The notes below the pieces were generated by a model. It did not search any database and was not told the origin of the DNA. It saw only the letters and a list, made by a program, of their open reading frames with translations. Shown one piece after another: positions 9,922 through 18,753 of a DNA stretch of 64,000 nt (the stretch's first letter is position 1; every line of letters begins with the position of its first letter). The position numbers were made by a program, and so were the translations under genes. Source of the stretch: Hyphomicrobiales bacterium (GTDB taxonomy: Bacteria > Pseudomonadota > Alphaproteobacteria > Rhizobiales > UBA4765); contig JAIEPZ010000023.1 of assembly GCA_019748135.1 (NCBI GenBank), positions 14,742-78,741 of the forward strand, written 5' to 3'.

Positions 9922-10824
9922 ATGAGAAAATTGATGTTGACAGCCGCAGCAGTTCTGGCGGTGCCTGGACTTGCGGCGGCGCAGGAATTGAGCGGAACAC
10001 TGAAGAAAATCAAGGAAACTGGTTCGATTTCTCTTGGCCACCGCGACAGCTCGGTCCCTTTTTCCTACATCGATGATAACGGCAAGGTGATCGGTTATTC
10101 CCTCGATATCTGCGCCAAGATCGTGGAGGCGGTCAAAAACGAACTCAAGCTCGACAAGCTCGATGTGCGCCTGGTTCCCGTTACCTCATCGACCCGCATC
10201 CCGCTGATCGCCAACGGCACGATTGACCTTGAATGCGGCTCAACGACCAATAATGAGGAACGCCAGAAGCAGGTTGGCTACACCAATACGCATTTTCTAA
10301 CCGCCTCGGCCTTCGTCTCCAAGAAGGTGAAGAATCTGAAAAAGATCGACGATCTGAAAGGCAAGACGGTTGTATCAACCGCCGGAACGACGAATATGAA
10401 ACAGCTGGTTGAGGCGAATGCCGCGCGCAATCTGGGCATCAACGTCATGTCGGCCAAGGATCATGCGGCGTCCTTCCTGCTGGTTGAGCTTGACCGAGCA
10501 GACGCCTTCGTCATGGACGACATTCTGCTGGCGAGCCTCATCGCCAGTTCGAAAGACCCTGGCGCCTATCAGACATCCGATGATGCCTTCTCGCTCCCCG
10601 AGCCCTACGCCATCATGCTGCGCAAGGATGATGCACCTTTCAAGGCGCTTGCCGACAAGGCGACTTCTGCCCTTTTCAGGAGTGCTGAAGGAGCGGGGCT
10701 CTATGCGAAATGGTTTACGAGTGCCATCCCGCCCAAGGGGCTCAATCTCAACGTGCCCATTGGCGAGAAGCTCAAAAAAGCCTACGCGGCACCAACCGAC
10801 AATCCCGATCCCAAGGCCTACTGA
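9922..10824 (+). CDS. gltI: Glutamate/aspartate ABC transporter substrate-binding protein
   Basis: Signal peptide; GTLKKIK.TG.I.LGHR.SSVPFSY, RIPLIANGTIDLECGSTTNN. Confidence 0.9.
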   Translation: MRKLMLTAAAVLAVPGLAAAQELSGTLKKIKETGSISLGHRDSSVPFSYIDDNGKVIGYSLDICAKIVEAVKNELKLDKLDVRLVPVTSSTRIPLIANGTIDLECGSTTNNEERQKQVGYTNTHFLTASAFVSKKVKNLKKIDDLKGKTVVSTAGTTNMKQLVEANAARNLGINVMSAKDHAASFLLVELDRADAFVMDDILLASLIASSKDPGAYQTSDDAFSLPEPYAIMLRKDDAPFKALADKATSALFRSAEGAGLYAKWFTSAIPPKGLNLNVPIGEKLKKAYAAPTDNPDPKAY

Positions 10825-10883
10825 GGGGCAACGAAACGACCGGCGTGGCACCTCAGGGTGCTGCGCCACAGTCGGGGTTGATC

Positions 10884-11615
10884 ATGAATTATCACTGGAA
10901 CTGGGGTATTTTTCTCGAACCCTCGCCTGAAGGCATCGGCACCTATTTCGACATGCTGATGATGGGATTGCGCTGGACGCTGGTGACGGCGGTGCTGGCG
11001 TGGATCATTGCCATCTCGTTGGGCGGCGCGGTTGGGGTTCTGCGCACCCTTCCCTCGCGCCTGGGCGTTGGGCTGGGCGATGCCTATGTCGAGTTCTTCC
11101 GCAACATTCCGCTGCTGGTCCAATTGTTCCTGTGGTATTTCGTCCTGCCGGAATTGCTGCCCAAGGACTTGGGCAACTGGCTCAAGACCCTGCCGAACGC
11201 CTCCTTCTGGACGGGTGCTGTGGGCGTCGGGCTGTTCATGTCGGCGCGCATCGCCGAGCAGGTGAAAGCCGGTATCCAGTCGCTGCCGCAAGGGCAATCT
11301 ATGGCCGCTACGGCGCTTGGCCTGACGACGGCGCAGACCTATATTTACGTGCTCTTGCCGATGACGCTGCGTGTCATCCTGCCGCCACTCACCTCGGAGA
11401 CCCTCAACACGCTGAAGAACACCTCGGTGGCGCTCACCATCGGCCTTGCGGAACTCACCGCGCGTACCCGCGCCATGCAGGAATATTCGTTTCAGGTCTT
11501 CGAGGCGTTCACGGCTGCAACCGTCATTTATCTGGTGGTCAACGCGTTCATCACCGTCGTCCTGCGCCGCTTTGAAAAAGCCATCGCCATTCCCGGCTAC
11601 GTGGCAGGGACATAG
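10884..11615 (+). CDS. gltJ: Glutamate/aspartate ABC transporter permease
   Basis: MNYHWNWGIF N-terminus, YVEFFRNIPLLVQLF, EAA-type loop. Confidence 0.88.
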   Translation: MNYHWNWGIFLEPSPEGIGTYFDMLMMGLRWTLVTAVLAWIIAISLGGAVGVLRTLPSRLGVGLGDAYVEFFRNIPLLVQLFLWYFVLPELLPKDLGNWLKTLPNASFWTGAVGVGLFMSARIAEQVKAGIQSLPQGQSMAATALGLTTAQTYIYVLLPMTLRVILPPLTSETLNTLKNTSVALTIGLAELTARTRAMQEYSFQVFEAFTAATVIYLVVNAFITVVLRRFEKAIAIPGYVAGT

Positions 11616-11616
11616 C

Positions 11617-12309
11617 ATGCTGCCCGACATTGATTTCAACGTCATCGCGCGCTCCCTGCCCTATCTTTTCCAGCAGGGGATGAGCTTCACGCTGACGCTG
11701 ACGGCATTGGCCGCCCTGGGCGGGCTGGTGCTCGGCACGCTGCTGGCGCTGATGCGGCTGTCCACCTTGCCTGTTCTGGCGCCGCTCGCCGCCGGCTATG
11801 TCAATCTCATGCGCTCGCTGCCGCTGGTGCTGGTGATCTTCTGGTTCTATTTTCTCGTGCCTTTCGTTGGCCAGGTCATCCTGCGCGCTGACCGTCCGGT
11901 CGAGGTCGGCGCCTTTGCCTCCGCCCTCATCACCTTCACCCTGTTCGAGGCTGCTTATTTTTCCGAGATCATGCGCGCCGGCATCCAGTCGATCCCGCGT
12001 GGCCAGTTGGCGGCGGGCTATGCGATCGGCCTCACCTATTGGCAGGTGATGGGCTACATCATCGTGCCGCAGGCGGTGCGCAACATGCTGCCGGTGATCC
12101 TGACGCAGACCATCATCCTGTTTCAGGACACCTCGCTGGTCTACGTTATTTCGATCACCGATTTTCTTGGCGCGGCCTCCAATGTGGCGCAACGCGATGG
12201 GCGCCTTATCGAGATGTATGTGTTCGCCGCTCTCGTCTATTTCGCCATATCGTTTTCCGCTTCGCGCCTCGTCAAGAGCTTGCAGATGCGCACCGCTATC
12301 CCGCGATAG
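11617..12309 (+). CDS. gltK: Glutamate/aspartate ABC transporter permease
   Basis: FEAAYFSEIMRAGIQSI, QTIILFQDTSLVYVI. Confidence 0.88.
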   Translation: MLPDIDFNVIARSLPYLFQQGMSFTLTLTALAALGGLVLGTLLALMRLSTLPVLAPLAAGYVNLMRSLPLVLVIFWFYFLVPFVGQVILRADRPVEVGAFASALITFTLFEAAYFSEIMRAGIQSIPRGQLAAGYAIGLTYWQVMGYIIVPQAVRNMLPVILTQTIILFQDTSLVYVISITDFLGAASNVAQRDGRLIEMYVFAALVYFAISFSASRLVKSLQMRTAIPR

Positions 12310-12320
12310 GACAACAACCG

Positions 12321-13058
12321 ATGCCAATGATCGAGATGCGCGATGTGTGCAAATGGTACGCCCCGACATTCCAGGTGCTGAAATCCTGCACGACGGCGAT
12401 CGACAAGGGCGAGGTGGTGGTGGTGTGCGGCCCGTCGGGATCGGGCAAGTCGACGCTCATCAAATGCGTGAACGGGCTGGAGCCCTTCCAGTCCGGCGCG
12501 ATCACCGTTGATGGTATCGAGGTTGCGGCGAAGGGCACCGATCTGCCGAAACTGCGCGCCCGTATCGGCATGGTGTTCCAGCATTTCGAGCTGTTTCCTC
12601 ATCTGAAAATCATCGACAATCTCTGCCTTGGCCAGACCAAGGTGCTGGGGCGCAGCCGCGCTGAAGCCATGGCGAAGGCAACCGCTCTCCTCCATCGCGT
12701 GGGTCTGGAGGAGCACGCCGATAAATTCCCCGGTCAATTGTCCGGCGGGCAGCAGCAGCGCGTGGCGATTGCACGCGCGCTCGCGATGGACCCTATCGCC
12801 ATGCTGTTTGACGAGCCGACCTCGGCGCTCGACCCGGAAATGATCACCGAAGTGCTCGATGTCATGGTGGCGCTGGCGCATGACGGCATGACGATGATGG
12901 TCGTCACCCATGAAATGGGGTTTGCCCGCAAGGTGGCTGACCGCGTCATCTTCATGGACAAGGGCGAGATCATCGAGGATCGTCCAACAGACGAGTTTTT
13001 CGGCAAGCCGCGCTCGGACCGCGCCCAGCTTTTTCTGTCGAAAATTCTCAGTCATTAA
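12321..13058 (+). CDS. gltL: Polar amino acid ABC transporter ATP-binding protein
   Basis: Walker A GPSGSGKS, signature LSGGQQQRVAIARAL, Walker B MLFDEPTSALD. Confidence 0.92.
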   Translation: MPMIEMRDVCKWYAPTFQVLKSCTTAIDKGEVVVVCGPSGSGKSTLIKCVNGLEPFQSGAITVDGIEVAAKGTDLPKLRARIGMVFQHFELFPHLKIIDNLCLGQTKVLGRSRAEAMAKATALLHRVGLEEHADKFPGQLSGGQQQRVAIARALAMDPIAMLFDEPTSALDPEMITEVLDVMVALAHDGMTMMVVTHEMGFARKVADRVIFMDKGEIIEDRPTDEFFGKPRSDRAQLFLSKILSH

Positions 13059-13087
13059 TCGCCCTCATTGCAAGGCAGGAACTGACC

Positions 13088-13945
13088 ATGACCCCTTCTC
13101 CCCGCATCGTTTACGTCAACGGCACCTATCTCCCGCTGGAGGAGGCGAAGATCCCGGTGATGGATCGCGGCTTTCTCTTCGGGGATGGCATCTACGAGGT
13201 CTCGGCGGTGCTTCAAGGCAGGACGATTGACAATCTGCCGCATCTGGAGCGGCTCGACCGCTCGCTTGGCGAGATTGCCATCAAAAACCCCCATAGCATC
13301 AATGAATGGATTGCGATCCAGGACGAGCTGATCGCCCGCAACGGACTTGCGGAGGGGTTGATCTATATCGAGGTGACGCGCGGCGTTTATGAGCGCGACT
13401 TCACCTGCCCGCCCGACATCACGCCGACGGTCGTGATGTTCACGCAAGCCAAGCCCTTCCGCGACAATCCCTTAGCCAAAACCGGGGCAGCCATCATCAC
13501 CCTGCCCGATCTGCGCTGGAAGCGGCGTGACATCAAATCAACGGCCCTCCTCGCCCAGGTGCTCGCCAAGCAGGCCGCAAAGGCTGCCGGCGTTGCCGAA
13601 ACGTGGATGGTCGAGGACGGGCACGTCACCGAAGGAGCCTCATCGACCGCCTTCATCGTCACCAGGGCCGGCGAGATCATCACACGCGAATTATCGAGCG
13701 CTATCCTGCCGGGGGTGACGCGGCGCACACTCATGAAGATTGCCGAGAATTTGCAGATGAAGGTGGTCGAGCGCGCCTTCACGGTGGATGAAGCGATGAA
13801 TGCGGCGGAAATCTTCTTCACCTCCGCCTCGACCATTGCCATGCCTGTCGTCACCATTGACGGCAAGACGGTGGGCGGGGGAAAACCCGGCCCGGTGGTC
13901 GCCAAGCTGCGGGAGATGTATTTCGAGGAAGTGGCGAAGGGGTGA
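13088..13945 (+). CDS. dat: D-amino-acid aminotransferase (PLP fold IV)
   Basis: DRGFLFGDGIYEV, RW.RRDIKS, TEGASS, ILPGVTR. Confidence 0.88.
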   Translation: MTPSPRIVYVNGTYLPLEEAKIPVMDRGFLFGDGIYEVSAVLQGRTIDNLPHLERLDRSLGEIAIKNPHSINEWIAIQDELIARNGLAEGLIYIEVTRGVYERDFTCPPDITPTVVMFTQAKPFRDNPLAKTGAAIITLPDLRWKRRDIKSTALLAQVLAKQAAKAAGVAETWMVEDGHVTEGASSTAFIVTRAGEIITRELSSAILPGVTRRTLMKIAENLQMKVVERAFTVDEAMNAAEIFFTSASTIAMPVVTIDGKTVGGGKPGPVVAKLREMYFEEVAKG

Positions 13946-13960
13946 ATGGGTATCAGCCGG

Positions 13961-14342
13961 TCAGTTCGCTGATTTGACGATATAGGTCACGCCCGGCAGC
14001 CCTTCGAAATGCGCTTCACAGGTAATGAGCTCAGCGCTGTAGGCCAAAGCCGTCGCATAGATGATGGCATCAGCGGTCGTGAGCTTGAGCCGTGCACAAA
14101 GCTCGGCAGCAGATAAGTGCGATGGGCGTATCGAGCGCGGCCAGAACACCAAGCTGCGTGAAGGCGATCACCTGATCTGCCTTGTCTTCTCCGGCCTCGC
14201 GCCGAAGCCATTTTGCAAGTTCGAGCTGAACCATGGTTGGAACAAGCCAGTCCCGGCGCTCCGGCATGCAGTCGGCAAGACGCTGGCCAGTCTCAGAGGC
14301 AACAAGCCACTCGATCCATGCCGACGTATCAATAAGTCGCAT
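13961..14342 (-). pseudogene. vapC: VapC/PIN-domain toxin, frameshifted
   Basis: N-half (IDTSAWIEW...VQLELAKW) and C-half (SAAELC...TADAIIYATA...TCEAHF) lie in different frames; one extra base near 14114-14117. Confidence 0.8.
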
Positions 14343-14554
14343 CAGAAGCGGTCTTGGCGATCACGAAAGGCGGATATGTTGGCGCCCTTGGCGATGCCGG
14401 CCAGTTGCTTTGCGTCCGACACCGGAACAACTAACACGCCAGCCCCTTTAGGAATGAAGGCAAATTCCTGCCCCGCCTGCCATTGCTGCGCGGTGCGGAC
14501 TTCCTTGGGAATAGAAATCTGGAATTTAGCGGAAAGGGTTGCTGTGTTTGACAT
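14342..14554 (-). CDS. AbrB/MazE/SpoVT-family antitoxin (VapB-type)
   Basis: ATLSAKFQISIPKEVR...GQEFAF; stop overlaps the vapC start. Confidence 0.88.
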   Translation of the reverse strand: MSNTATLSAKFQISIPKEVRTAQQWQAGQEFAFIPKGAGVLVVPVSDAKQLAGIAKGANISAFRDRQDRF

Positions 14555-14623
14555 TTCTTACGTATTCCTGATCGACAGGTCGCAGTAAGAAATTATCATG
14601 GCGCGATCAGGCGGCAAGAACAA

Positions 14624-14720
14624 CCTGCCTTCGCCAGTTGGCTACGGCGTGACAGCCTCCGCATGCCTGCTCGCTTGCCTTGCCTTCGGCCAGCCGAGTC
14701 GAGGCTCGCAGAGCAAAGGC
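14624..14720. repeat. tRNA-linked REP-like element (two oppositely oriented hairpin units)
   Basis: Unit GCCTTCGCCAGTTGGCTACGGC (14627-14648) and degenerate inverted unit GTCGAGGCTCGCAGAGCAAAGGC (14698-14720) abutting the tRNA CCA end. Confidence 0.55.
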
Positions 14721-14798
14721 TGGTCGGAGTGGCGGGATTCGAACCCACGACCCCTAGTCCCCCAGACTAGTGCGCTAACCAGGCTGCGCTACACTCCG
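14721..14798 (-). tRNA. tRNA-Pro(GGG)
   Basis: CGGAGTGTAGCGCAGCCTGGTTAGCGCA, anticodon arm CTAGT-CTGGGGG-ACTAG, GTTCGAATC, ends ACCA. Confidence 0.97.
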
Positions 14799-14858
14799 AC
14801 AGGCCGCGGACCATAATCATGGCACCCCGGCTGCGCAAGCGGCGATTTGCGGGATCGC

Positions 14859-15830
14859 CTACCAGCGCACCAGCGCCGCACCCCAGGTGAAGCCGCCGCC
14901 CATCGCTTCCAGCAGCAGCAGGTCGCCTTCCTTGATGCGCCCATCGGCAACCGCCCGGTCAAGGGCTAGTGGAATCGAGGCGGACGACGTGTTGGCGTGA
15001 TCGGCAACGGTGAGGATGACTTTCTCGCGCGGAATGCCGAGCTTGTCGGCGGTGGCAAGGATAATCCGCTCATTGGCCTGATGGGGCACGAACCAGTCGA
15101 TATCGCTTGCTTTCAGCCCTTCCTCGCCGAGAATGTCGTGGACGATGCCGGGCACCATGCCGACTGCCAGCTTGAAGACTTCCTTGCCTTCCATGCGCAG
15201 ATGGCCGGTCGTCTGGGTGGTGGACGGGCCGCCATCAACATAGAGCTTGGATTTGTGGCGGCCATCGGCGCGCAGCTTGGTTGCAAGGATGCCGCGCCCG
15301 GCAAGCTCGGCTGCTTCCTCGCGCGCTTCGAGCACGACAGCCCCCGCCCCGTCGCCAAAAAGCACGCAGGTGGCGCGATCGTTCCAGTCGAGGATACGCG
15401 AATAGGTTTCAGCGCCGATCACGAGCGCCCGGCGATGGGCGCCGGTGCGGATCATGGCGTCGGCAACGCTCAGGGCATACACAAAGCCGGTGCATACGGC
15501 ATGGATATCAAAGGCCGCCCCCTGATCGATGCCCAGACGCGCCTGGACGGTGGTGGCGGTGGCGGGGAAGGTATTGTCGGGCGTCGACGTGGCAAGGATC
15601 ACCAGGTCGATGTCAGCGGCCGTGCGCCTGGCGCGGGCAAGCGCCCCTTCGGCAGCCGCGACTGCGAGGTCGGAGGTGAATTCGCCTTCAGCGGCGATGT
15701 GGCGCGTCTTGATGCCGGTGCGCTGGATGATCCACTCATCGGTGGTATCGACCAGGCGCGACATTTCAGCGTTATCGATGACGCGTTTGGGGAGATAGGC
15801 ACCGCAGCCGATAATGACGGAACGACGCAT
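14859..15830 (-). CDS. fabH: Beta-ketoacyl-ACP synthase III
   Basis: [48 protein letters not shown]. Confidence 0.97.
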   Translation of the reverse strand: MRRSVIIGCGAYLPKRVIDNAEMSRLVDTTDEWIIQRTGIKTRHIAAEGEFTSDLAVAAAEGALARARRTAADIDLVILATSTPDNTFPATATTVQARLGIDQGAAFDIHAVCTGFVYALSVADAMIRTGAHRRALVIGAETYSRILDWNDRATCVLFGDGAGAVVLEAREEAAELAGRGILATKLRADGRHKSKLYVDGGPSTTQTTGHLRMEGKEVFKLAVGMVPGIVHDILGEEGLKASDIDWFVPHQANERIILATADKLGIPREKVILTVADHANTSSASIPLALDRAVADGRIKEGDLLLLEAMGGGFTWGAALVRW

Positions 15831-15833
15831 GAT

Positions 15834-16883
15834 TTATGATGCTTCTGCGGCAAGTGGCGTGGGAACGGGCGCGCTCGTCAAATCCTGGGTAATGCGCCCG
15901 ATGAGATCGCTTTCGGCCATGTCAAAACCGATATCAAGCGCGCTTGCAAAACCCACTGCATCGGTGCCGCCATGGCTCTTGATGACGATGCCGTTGAGCC
16001 CCAGAAACACGCCGCCATTGACATTGCGAGGATCAAGACGCTCGCGCAGCGCCAGAAAGGCGCCACGCGCCAGAAGGAAGCCAAGCTTGGTCAGCCAGGT
16101 TCTTCCCATGGCCTGACGCAGGAAGGTCCCGATCTGCTTGGCGGTGCCCTCTGCCGTCTTCAGCGCGATGTTGCCGGCAAAGCCTTCGGTCACGACGACA
16201 TCGACTTTGCCCTGGCCAAGATCATCGCCCTCGATAAAACCGGCATAGGCAAAACCCGGCGCATTCATGGCGCGCAACATAGATCCCGCCTCGCGGATGG
16301 CTTCCAGACCTTTGATCTCCTCAACACCGATATTGAGCAGGCCAATCGAGGGGCGCTCGATGTGGAAATGGGCGCGCGCCATGGCAGCACCCGTGATTGC
16401 CATCGTCACCAGATCGCCGGCGTCAGCACCAATCGAGGCACCCACATCGAGCACCACCGATTCACCGCGCAGCGTCGGCCATAAGGCGGCAATCGCCGGG
16501 CGGTCGATGCCTGGCATGGTGCGCAGGCAGAAGCGGGCCATCGCCATCAGCGCACCCGTATTGCCCGCCGAGACGCACACCCGCGCCTTGCCGGTCTTGA
16601 CGGCATCGAGTGCCATCCACATCGAGGATTTCCAGCGCCCCGTGCGCAAGGCCTGGCTTGGCTTGTCGTCCATGCGGACGGCGACATCGCTATGAATGAT
16701 CTCGGCGCGGCCCTGCAAGATCGGGTGGCGGGCCAGAACCGCCGCGATCAGGTCCTGTTGACCGACCAGAAGAAAGGACAAAAAGGGATGCCGCTCGGCG
16801 GCTAATGCCGCGCCTGCAACCGTCACCTCGGGCCCGTGATCGCCGCCCATAGCGTCCACGGCAATTGTCAGCGCGCTTGTCAT
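15834..16883 (-). CDS. plsX: Phosphate acyltransferase
   Basis: [34 protein letters not shown]. Confidence 0.97.
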   Translation of the reverse strand: MTSALTIAVDAMGGDHGPEVTVAGAALAAERHPFLSFLLVGQQDLIAAVLARHPILQGRAEIIHSDVAVRMDDKPSQALRTGRWKSSMWMALDAVKTGKARVCVSAGNTGALMAMARFCLRTMPGIDRPAIAALWPTLRGESVVLDVGASIGADAGDLVTMAITGAAMARAHFHIERPSIGLLNIGVEEIKGLEAIREAGSMLRAMNAPGFAYAGFIEGDDLGQGKVDVVVTEGFAGNIALKTAEGTAKQIGTFLRQAMGRTWLTKLGFLLARGAFLALRERLDPRNVNGGVFLGLNGIVIKSHGGTDAVGFASALDIGFDMAESDLIGRITQDLTSAPVPTPLAAEAS

Positions 16884-16983
16884 CGGCTTCTCTTATTGAC
16901 GCCTGTTGCCCGGAACGATGGCGGGATGAGGACCCTAAATCCGTCAGGGACAATGGCAAGTGGTTTCTTTACCGATCCGCGTC

Positions 16984-17505
16984 TCATCTGCTCTCTCGAT
17001 CTTTCAGCTTCGAGAGAATAGAAAATGGCGACAGAGACGGTTGTGGCGTTGTCTCCGCCACAAGATCAGCACCCGGCTTGCGCGGGTAAGGATCAATTGC
17101 CAGCGACAGCGCCTCGGCAAGCATGAGGCCGATATCAGCGCCCTCACCCGCCATCAGCTGGGGCGGTTCATCGTCAGGCGAGAGTTCGAGCTCGCTCGTT
17201 TCAGCCTCATCAGGCAGCGTCGGCAGAAACAGGCGCTCAACGGGCTCGCTCAGCTGGTGAACAAACGGCTCCAGCGAGCGGACGCAACGATAGGTGAGCG
17301 CGCAAGTGAAGTGTCCTTTGGCGTAAAGACCATCCTGCGCGGGAGACATCGCCAGGTCGGCGGCAAAACTCTCGATTGATATCAGATCAAGCGCTTCGGC
17401 GAGACGGCTGCATTCTTCCGACGAGGCTTCAACCCGCCATTCACGCCCGGCATCAGGCACATCAGCGCGGCGGACAAACCGGTGAAAGGACAGGTCATTG
17501 CCCAT
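16984..17505 (-). CDS. YceD/DUF177 family protein
   Basis: CVRSLEP and E.LSLAIDPYPRKPG motifs, SPF..L.KL tail; upstream of plsX. Confidence 0.88.
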   Translation of the reverse strand: MGNDLSFHRFVRRADVPDAGREWRVEASSEECSRLAEALDLISIESFAADLAMSPAQDGLYAKGHFTCALTYRCVRSLEPFVHQLSEPVERLFLPTLPDEAETSELELSPDDEPPQLMAGEGADIGLMLAEALSLAIDPYPRKPGADLVAETTPQPSLSPFSILSKLKDRESR

Positions 17506-18047
17506 CAGGTTGCCGGGGTGACTACACAGGGCGGGAAATCGATGCGTCCGGCTAAAACCGTCCCGACGTCAAATTGCTTCGCCAGAATATCGTCGGCGTT
17601 GCGGAGATAATCGGCAAGCGCCATGACGCCGCCCGATCCGTCGGCGACGTCGATATTGCGCTGCAATGTCTCACACATGTCATCACTGTTTTTGCTCTTG
17701 AAAGCCTCGTCATAAGCAGCAAAGCGACCGTAAATGGCCCCCGCCAGCTTTTTCATGCGACGCGGGACCGCCATGTCACCGATACCCATTTCGCGCAGTG
17801 CGCTGTCGAGTTCGGTAAACATCAGATCAACCACATCCTGCGCCAGCGCTTCCAGCTCGGGGTGATGGCGCGTCTGGCGCAGCAGGAGACAGGCGTGCAA
17901 GACGACCATTTCAAAACGACCCTGGGGCGTGTCGGGTATGGCGAAATCGCGATAAAACGCCTCCCGGCGACTGGCAGCAACCACCTCCTTGTAGAGCAGG
18001 GCTGGTATCGGTGATGGCCGGGAGCGGAACAAGGACATGATCATCAC
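17505..18047 (-). CDS. Ubiquinol-cytochrome c chaperone family protein (Cbp3-like)
   Basis: PDT..GRFEM.VLH, D..LREMGIGD.AV..RMKKLA...YGR..AYD. Confidence 0.88.
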   Translation of the reverse strand: MMIMSLFRSRPSPIPALLYKEVVAASRREAFYRDFAIPDTPQGRFEMVVLHACLLLRQTRHHPELEALAQDVVDLMFTELDSALREMGIGDMAVPRRMKKLAGAIYGRFAAYDEAFKSKNSDDMCETLQRNIDVADGSGGVMALADYLRNADDILAKQFDVGTVLAGRIDFPPCVVTPAT

Positions 18048-18190
18048 GTGCTCCTAGCAAACTTTCGCTGACATGGGAAAGGCATGAGTGGCAATCGCGC
18101 CGGCCTTAGTTTCGGCCATGAAGATTGCCATCAAGCCTCGCGATACGGTATCCATGATTGCAACCACGACCGTGCGGACCAGACATCGAC

Positions 18191-18679
18191 ATGAAAAGAC
18201 CAGCTCGCCTCCTCCGTTTTCCACCCTCGCGCCTTGTGATCGTGGCGATGACCGCCGGGCTAGGACTAGCCGCCTGCAGCCAGGATAGCGGTCTGCGACC
18301 GGGGTCCTTCGTCCAGGTTTTCACGCGCGGATATGTTCTGCAGGAAGAAGCGCTCGACCAGGTACCGGTTGGCTCGAGCCGCGATCAGGTCAACTTCGTT
18401 CTCGGGACACCAACCACGACGGCGACACTGGATGGCGATGTCTATTATTACATCACCCAGAAGGTCGAGCGCATCCCGGGCGGCGATCCGACAGTGATCG
18501 ACCAGCGGGTGCTGGCGGTTTATTTCGACAAGGCGCAGCGGGTAACGCGCATCGCCCGTTATGGCCTGGAAGATGGCCGGGTCATCGATAGCGTCTCACG
18601 CAAGACGGCAACGGGCGGGCGCGAACAAACCTTCCTGGGTCAGGTATTCCAGAACCTTATTCGCAACACCGGCAACTGA
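18191..18679 (+). CDS. bamE: Outer membrane protein assembly factor BamE (lipoprotein)
   Basis: Lipobox LAAC; G.SRDQV..VLGTP; YYYITQ; QRVLAVYFD. Confidence 0.9.
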   Translation: MKRPARLLRFPPSRLVIVAMTAGLGLAACSQDSGLRPGSFVQVFTRGYVLQEEALDQVPVGSSRDQVNFVLGTPTTTATLDGDVYYYITQKVERIPGGDPTVIDQRVLAVYFDKAQRVTRIARYGLEDGRVIDSVSRKTATGGREQTFLGQVFQNLIRNTGN

Positions 18680-18700
18680 AAACGGTCAATTCCAGTCAAG

Positions 18701-18737
18701 AAAAAGCCGCGCCAGGCATGCCTCGCGCGGCCTTGTT
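18701..18737. terminator. Probable bidirectional intrinsic terminator between convergent bamE and hppA
   Basis: AAAAA-GCCGCGC...GCGCGGC-CTTGTT hairpin. Confidence 0.6.
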
Positions 18738-18753
18738 GTGTTGAGGGTCGTGA

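Noticed and set aside
16884-16983. Missing rpmF between yceD and plsX
   Set aside because: No L32 ORF here, but rpmF is commonly located elsewhere in Rhizobiales, so this is not unusual.
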